DNA of 64,000 bases from Leptonemataceae bacterium (GTDB taxonomy: Bacteria; Spirochaetota; Leptospiria; Leptospirales; Leptonemataceae), in contig OZ245742.1 in the NCBI GenBank assembly GCA_965227295.1, positions 896,001 through 960,000 of the forward strand. Direction: 5' to 3'. The translations under genes and the position numbers were made by a program. Of the stretch, positions 58,890 through 64,000 are shown piece by piece. Every line of letters begins with the position of its first letter. The first letter of the stretch is position 1. A model generated the notes under the pieces. The model saw only the letters and a program-made list of their open reading frames with translations, made no database searches and was not told the origin of the DNA.

Positions 58890-61704
58890 AAACAAGAAAA
58901 GCGGGCATCGAACGGGACGACAAGTACTTCCGTGGCCCGGCCTCGTGCTGGTGATCCTGACGCTGGCGCCCACCGCGCTCTCCGCACAGATCACCGCGAA
59001 GGGCATTGTGCGCGACGGATCGACGGAAGCGCCCATCGCCGACGCCCGGGTGATCATCTTCGAAACCCGGAGCGCCGTCTTCAGCGGGCCGGACGGTACG
59101 TTCGCCGTGGAAGTGCCGGAGCCGGGATTCTACACGTTCCGCATCGTAGTCGGCGGCGAAATCCAGCAGCTCCGCCGGCAGATCCGTTTCGAAAACCAGG
59201 AGTTCACGCTCTACTTCGGCGAGCGAGCGCCGCAGCAGGAAGACGAAGCCGACGTCGAAGAGGGCGCCATCTCCATCGTCGGACTCAAGGATCAAACGAA
59301 ACTGTCCCGCTTTAGGTTCTCACGAGATGAGATTAAGCGCCTGCCCGGCGTCTACGGAGATTCTCTCAAGGCCGTGGAGACGTTGCCCGGCATCAGCGCC
59401 GCGCCGCCGGTGGGTGTTTTGCCGTCCTCGAACCCGCTGTCCAACTCTACAATCTCCAGCTTCGGCGTCGGCCCGCCGTACAGCAATTCTCAGACCGGCG
59501 TGCTCGTAATCCGCGGCTCCGGCGCCCGGGCGTCAGCGTTCTTTCTCGACGGACTCAAAATTCAGTACCCCTTTCACCTGGGCGATCAATCCAGCGTCAT
59601 TCACAACGACTACATTCGGAACGTGGACGTCTATACCGGAACGTATCCCGTGCGTTACGGCAACTCCACCGGCGGCATCATTTCGATCGAAGGGCCGACC
59701 AAAGTCGAACGCACCACGACACACATCAACGTCTCCATGTTCAAGTCCGATGCGTTCATCGAAACGCCGCTGCCGTTTCTGCCCGGCGAGATGTACTTCG
59801 TCGGTTCCGCCCGACAATCGTATCCGAACTATCCGTTGTTGATTCTCTATCCCGAAGCGATTCCCGCGAACGCGAAGTACGCAAACTATCAGGACGGCCA
59901 GTTCAAACTGGGCGGCAAGTTCGGCAACAACCACGAGTTCGCTCTGCTCTACTTCGGCGCGCGCGACATCCTCGACTACGCGCGCTCGGTGGACGAACTT
60001 TCCAGCGACGAGAGCGGAGGTCTCGGCGGAGCGGGGGGCGCCCTCGGCGGCGCGGCCGGGGGCGGTGGCCTCACGGACCCGGACACCGAGGGCAGTCGAC
60101 CGCCCGTGGGCCTGGACCGTTCTTTTCATACGCAGGGTCTGAGCTACGCGTACAGCTACGGCGGTTATTTCCGTACCACCATCTACGCGCAGGTTAGTAG
60201 ATTCAAAGAAGACTTCGAGCTGGACTTTCGTTCACCCTTCACGGGAGAAACCATCTTCGGCTACGAGGTTCTCGACGCGCGGCGGGAGTTCCAGGTGCGC
60301 GATGAGATCCAGTACGAACTCATTCGCAAGCACGCTGTGTTGAATCTCGGCTTTGAATACAACGACTATCGCTGGGAGTTATCCCTCGATAACTTTTCGC
60401 CGCAGCAGAGCGTCAATCCGAACACACCGGACTTCGTGGAGGTCGTCAACGATCTCGTCGAGAACGATCCCACGTTCCGGGCTCTATTGGACGGCGATCG
60501 CACGAACTTCAATCTAAACGCGTACTTCGCCGAGTTGGAGCTCGCCTTCTGGCGTTTCCGCCTTACTCCGGGAGTCCGCCACGAGTACTACAGCCTTTCG
60601 AACAGCACCGGCCTGGGCCCTCGCGCGGGGGTGGAATTCAACATCCCCGAAACGGATACCGTGTTACTCGCCGGAGCCGGACGTCACTTCAACGTACCGA
60701 CGTCGCTTTCCTTCGTCTCGGTAGAGGCCGGCAATCCGTACTTAAAGATGGAAGAGTCGGATCATCTCGCCGCCGGCATCGAGCAGAAGTTCGGCAAAGA
60801 GTGGTTGTTCAAGCTGGAGGTCTTTCGCAATTACTTTCGGAACCTGGTGGTGGAAGATCAGTTTATTGTGATTCCGCTTTCGCCGCGTACAAATCGTCGC
60901 GACCAGGTGACGAATGCGCAAAACATCATTGAAGAGCCGTTTGAGAATCGCTTTCTGAACTACTCCAACGACGGCGAAGGTTTCAGCGAAGGCTTCGAGG
61001 TTTATCTGAAGAAATCCCGGCCGCCGGGCAGCAGCGGCTGGTTCGGCTGGATCAGCTATACGAACAGTATCGCGAAACGCAACAATCACCAGCCGCGGCT
61101 GAGCACCGAGGAACGCCAGGACTTAGCATCCCGCAACGCCACTCGCTCGATCCTCTCGTACGTCGAAGTCGACGACATCATCTGGTATTACTACGACACC
61201 GGCGAAAGCGAGTTCTTCTATGACAACGACCGCGAGGAACTTTACGACCTGGACCGCACGCATCAGATCAGCTTCGTGCTCAACTACAAGTTCAACGCCG
61301 AATGGCAGATCGGCTCACGCTGGCGTTACTCCACGAACGTTCCGTTCACGCCGATTGTCGGTAACCAGGATGTTTTCAATCTACCCGTGGTGGACCGGCC
61401 CACGTTTCTCGCGCGCTACAGCGATCGCTACAACTCGGATCGCCTGCATCCCGTCCATCAACTGGACATCCGCCTGGATCGTTTCTTAAATTACGGCTGG
61501 GGTTATGCGAACTGGTATGTCGAACTGATCAACGTCTACGCCCGCCGCAATCCCGAGAGCGAGAACTTCTCGTTCCTGCTGCCCTACAATCGCGGAAGCA
61601 ACCCGTCCATCGTCTACGAATCCACGTTCATCGAAACACCGGCGGGCGGCGGCCGCAAGTGGCTCTTTCCGCTGATCAACCTGGGTCTGGAGTTAAAATT
61701 TTAA
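58873..61704 (+). CDS. TonB-dependent outer-membrane receptor with carboxypeptidase-regulatory-like N-domain
   Basis: Signal peptide (ALSA/Q), GIVRDG…PI..A.V, plug motifs (LPG..GD…IRG…DG…GG.I), beta-barrel and terminal LGLELKF; start uncertain (58825-58945). Confidence 0.9.
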   Translation: MRRTDTNKKSGHRTGRQVLPWPGLVLVILTLAPTALSAQITAKGIVRDGSTEAPIADARVIIFETRSAVFSGPDGTFAVEVPEPGFYTFRIVVGGEIQQLRRQIRFENQEFTLYFGERAPQQEDEADVEEGAISIVGLKDQTKLSRFRFSRDEIKRLPGVYGDSLKAVETLPGISAAPPVGVLPSSNPLSNSTISSFGVGPPYSNSQTGVLVIRGSGARASAFFLDGLKIQYPFHLGDQSSVIHNDYIRNVDVYTGTYPVRYGNSTGGIISIEGPTKVERTTTHINVSMFKSDAFIETPLPFLPGEMYFVGSARQSYPNYPLLILYPEAIPANAKYANYQDGQFKLGGKFGNNHEFALLYFGARDILDYARSVDELSSDESGGLGGAGGALGGAAGGGGLTDPDTEGSRPPVGLDRSFHTQGLSYAYSYGGYFRTTIYAQVSRFKEDFELDFRSPFTGETIFGYEVLDARREFQVRDEIQYELIRKHAVLNLGFEYNDYRWELSLDNFSPQQSVNPNTPDFVEVVNDLVENDPTFRALLDGDRTNFNLNAYFAELELAFWRFRLTPGVRHEYYSLSNSTGLGPRAGVEFNIPETDTVLLAGAGRHFNVPTSLSFVSVEAGNPYLKMEESDHLAAGIEQKFGKEWLFKLEVFRNYFRNLVVEDQFIVIPLSPRTNRRDQVTNAQNIIEEPFENRFLNYSNDGEGFSEGFEVYLKKSRPPGSSGWFGWISYTNSIAKRNNHQPRLSTEERQDLASRNATRSILSYVEVDDIIWYYYDTGESEFFYDNDREELYDLDRTHQISFVLNYKFNAEWQIGSRWRYSTNVPFTPIVGNQDVFNLPVVDRPTFLARYSDRYNSDRLHPVHQLDIRLDRFLNYGWGYANWYVELINVYARRNPESENFSFLLPYNRGSNPSIVYESTFIETPAGGGRKWLFPLINLGLELKF

Positions 61705-61721
61705 CTTAACATGTTAAATCT

Positions 61722-62486
61722 ATGAAAACCATGCAACTGACAACGTTCGCGTTCCTGGCCGGATTGCTCGCCTGCGCGCCCGTCGAGCAACGCGACGACG
61801 GCCCCGAGGATGCGTTGAATGCCGCCGGCCTGGCCACGTACCTCGCAGCGGCTTCCGGAGACTGCGTGCAAATGATCCGGGCCGGCGACAACCTCGGTCG
61901 ACTGAGCTGTACGCGGACACCGCCGTCGAACTGCGCCGTGGATCGCATCATCGACCTGGGCGGCAACGCCATCGTAACCGTGGAAACCGAGCAACGATAC
62001 ACCAACGCCTGGGCGCGCATCACGGATACGTATCCGTTCTGTCAGGTCACCGCGGCCACGGCGGTGCAAACGGGGATATTTACCGCGACGACCGACGACG
62101 CGATCAAGAACCTCAATGAAAGCGTGTATCGCGTCGTGAACAACTGCGACACCCTGCGCAACGAAAACACGACCCCGCTCGTTTCGGAGACCGAACACGA
62201 GTTTCTAATTTCACCGCGCGGCGTACTGGCCACCCAGGCCTGGGCGCTGAGCCAGAATTTCGTGAACAATGATCCGGAGGACGGCACCGAGGATCCCGCC
62301 ATCGATTGTTATCTGGCGTTGACGTTCTTTGAATGGGAGCGCACGTTGATCCAGGCCGTGTCGAACACGGAGCGCGTGAATCAGACCCTCTGCCTCTACG
62401 GATCGACGGCAGCCGGGAACTTCCCGTGCAGCGAACAGGAGCGGCTCATCCTGCATCCGTTCGACTTCGATCCCACCACGCTGTAA
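61722..62486 (+). CDS. Cys-rich lipoprotein
   Basis: LAGLLA-C lipobox plus 8 further Cys; 17 nt after the receptor stop. Confidence 0.75.
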   Translation: MKTMQLTTFAFLAGLLACAPVEQRDDGPEDALNAAGLATYLAAASGDCVQMIRAGDNLGRLSCTRTPPSNCAVDRIIDLGGNAIVTVETEQRYTNAWARITDTYPFCQVTAATAVQTGIFTATTDDAIKNLNESVYRVVNNCDTLRNENTTPLVSETEHEFLISPRGVLATQAWALSQNFVNNDPEDGTEDPAIDCYLALTFFEWERTLIQAVSNTERVNQTLCLYGSTAAGNFPCSEQERLILHPFDFDPTTL

Positions 62487-62509
62487 TAACATTGTCTCAG
62501 AGTAACTTA

Positions 62510-63082
62510 ATGGAACAAAACAATCTACAGCACATTCGCGCGTCCCTCAGTTCCCGGGACTGGCACGGCCCGGATTGCTGGGGCTGCGGCCCGCAGTCGC
62601 CGGACGGGTTGCACGCCGACTTTCGCTTCGATGAGGACAGCGGCGAGGTGCGCTTCGCGTACCAACCGCGCCCGTCTCATCGCGGGGCGCCGGGGTACGT
62701 GCACGGCGGCGTGCTCGCCGCAGTTCTGGATGAGGCCCAGGGCGTACTCTGTTATCATCTCGGTCACGCGGTGATGACCGAACAGCTCCACGTCAAGTAC
62801 CACAAGGCCACGCCGCTCTTCGACGAATTTCACGTGCGCTGCTGGATCACGGCGGTTCGTCGACGCCGGGCCTATACGAAAGCCGAACTGCGCGGCAAGG
62901 GCGGCGAACTGCTCGTCAGCGGTCGGGGCTCCTGGTACATCCTCGCCGAACGCATAGTCAAACGTATGTTCTCCGGCGAGTTCGAGAGTCACGCTCATGA
63001 GTTCGAAGTGATGCGCGCCGTGCTGGAAGAAAACCGCAAACGCGCGCGGCAGATTCGCCGGAGGATTCGCGATTCACGTTGA
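62510..63082 (+). CDS. PaaI-family hotdog thioesterase
   Basis: CWGCG…GL and HRGAPGYVHGGVLAAVLDE motifs; ATG at 62510. Confidence 0.88.
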   Translation: MEQNNLQHIRASLSSRDWHGPDCWGCGPQSPDGLHADFRFDEDSGEVRFAYQPRPSHRGAPGYVHGGVLAAVLDEAQGVLCYHLGHAVMTEQLHVKYHKATPLFDEFHVRCWITAVRRRRAYTKAELRGKGGELLVSGRGSWYILAERIVKRMFSGEFESHAHEFEVMRAVLEENRKRARQIRRRIRDSR

Positions 63083-63102
63083 GTGCGCCGGCGATCCGAA
63101 AT

Positions 63103-64000
63103 TCAATCTTCCTGAGATCGTTCCCGAAAGCCCGCCGCGAAAATCACAAACGCCACGGCAATCAACACGGCGCCGACCCAACAACTCAGGCGAATCCCGA
63201 AGTCGTCGCCGCGATCTCTGCCGAGCAGCGCGAAGGACGCAAACATTCCGGCACCGAGGGTTACGCCCGTCTTTAAGCTGAAGTTACGCCCGGCCACGAA
63301 CATGGCGTCGCTGCTGTGGCTGCCGGCGCGATCGGCGCAGTCCGCAACGACCGCCATGGTCAGCGCAAGCATGGATCCCAGCGGCAGCCCGGCCAGGAAG
63401 AAAACGACGAAGGCCTGCACAAGCGCGGGAATCGGAGCGTAGGCTTCTCCGAGAAACGAGACTAACATCAACAACACACCGAGCAGCACGAACGTACCGA
63501 GGATCACGGCTTTTTTTCCGAAACGTTCGGACAACGCGTCCGCCACCGGCACGGCCCCGAGCGACGACGGTACCATCACGGCCATCAGTGCGGAGAACCA
63601 ACCGTCGTCCAGTTCGAGTAAGACCGTCGCATAGTAGACGGCGCCTGCCTGGACCATCTCCACGCAGGCCATGAATATGGCGAAGGCGAGCAGAAATACG
63701 GCAAAATCTCGATTGCGGAGCACGCTTGCAAACTCACTGTAAAAGGAAGTTAGCAAGCCCGCATCGTCCTCCTGTTCCGGCAGAGCATCCCGGCCACGCA
63801 GGGCAAAGATCGGCACGAGCATTAGAACGAACGCGAGGACGCACAGAACTACGAAGGCCCACTGTCGGGACACGAAACCGGCGACGCCCAAGGACTCGAA
63901 GAGTGTCCAGAGGAGCGGAGCCTGTCCCGCCGTTAGGATGCCCAGAGCCTCGCCTCCGCCCTGGAACGCGCCGTAGCGCAGGCGTTCATCCTCATTCGAA
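63103..64000 (-). CDS. MFS transporter, GPH/MelB-like (5'-truncated by window)
   Basis: Frame is open to the window end; multi-TM; LSERFGKK and AVVADCAD motifs. Confidence 0.82.
   Translation of the reverse strand, partial: SNEDERLRYGAFQGGGEALGILTAGQAPLLWTLFESLGVAGFVSRQWAFVVLCVLAFVLMLVPIFALRGRDALPEQEDDAGLLTSFYSEFASVLRNRDFAVFLLAFAIFMACVEMVQAGAVYYATVLLELDDGWFSALMAVMVPSSLGAVPVADALSERFGKKAVILGTFVLLGVLLMLVSFLGEAYAPIPALVQAFVVFFLAGLPLGSMLALTMAVVADCADRAGSHSSDAMFVAGRNFSLKTGVTLGAGMFASFALLGRDRGDDFGIRLSCWVGAVLIAVAFVIFAAGFRERSQED

Overview
High-GC, gene-dense chromosomal window, most likely from a Leptospirales spirochaete (inferred from the tandem flaA sheath genes, spirochaete-style lipoproteins, two long-chain acyl-CoA ligases and many SpoIIE/STAS proteins). 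Housekeeping genes include sdhCAB, pyrC, pyrF, hldD, bioF, hemJ, cutA, an M17 aminopeptidase and a ParA-family ATPase. I found no rRNA, tRNA, CRISPR array, integrase or transposase. The main observations are: (1) a small exported His-rich/CxxC ORF ending in an RGPP arrest-type motif, directly upstream of a lipoprotein-porin-ZnuABC-type metal uptake operon (CruR/CutF-like leader); (2) a SiaABC-like partner-switching operon whose last gene is a second PP2C phosphatase rather than a diguanylate cyclase, preceded by an orphan solute-binding protein and a porin; (3) a macro-like + nucleoside-deoxyribosyltransferase-like fusion, a candidate defence gene; (4) modular structured intergenic repeats with compensatory hairpin changes at about 25.7-26.0, 28.1 and 57.5-57.8 kb; (5) an AT-rich rod-like hairpin upstream of a Fic gene. 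All product calls come from motif recognition by eye; no database searches were run.
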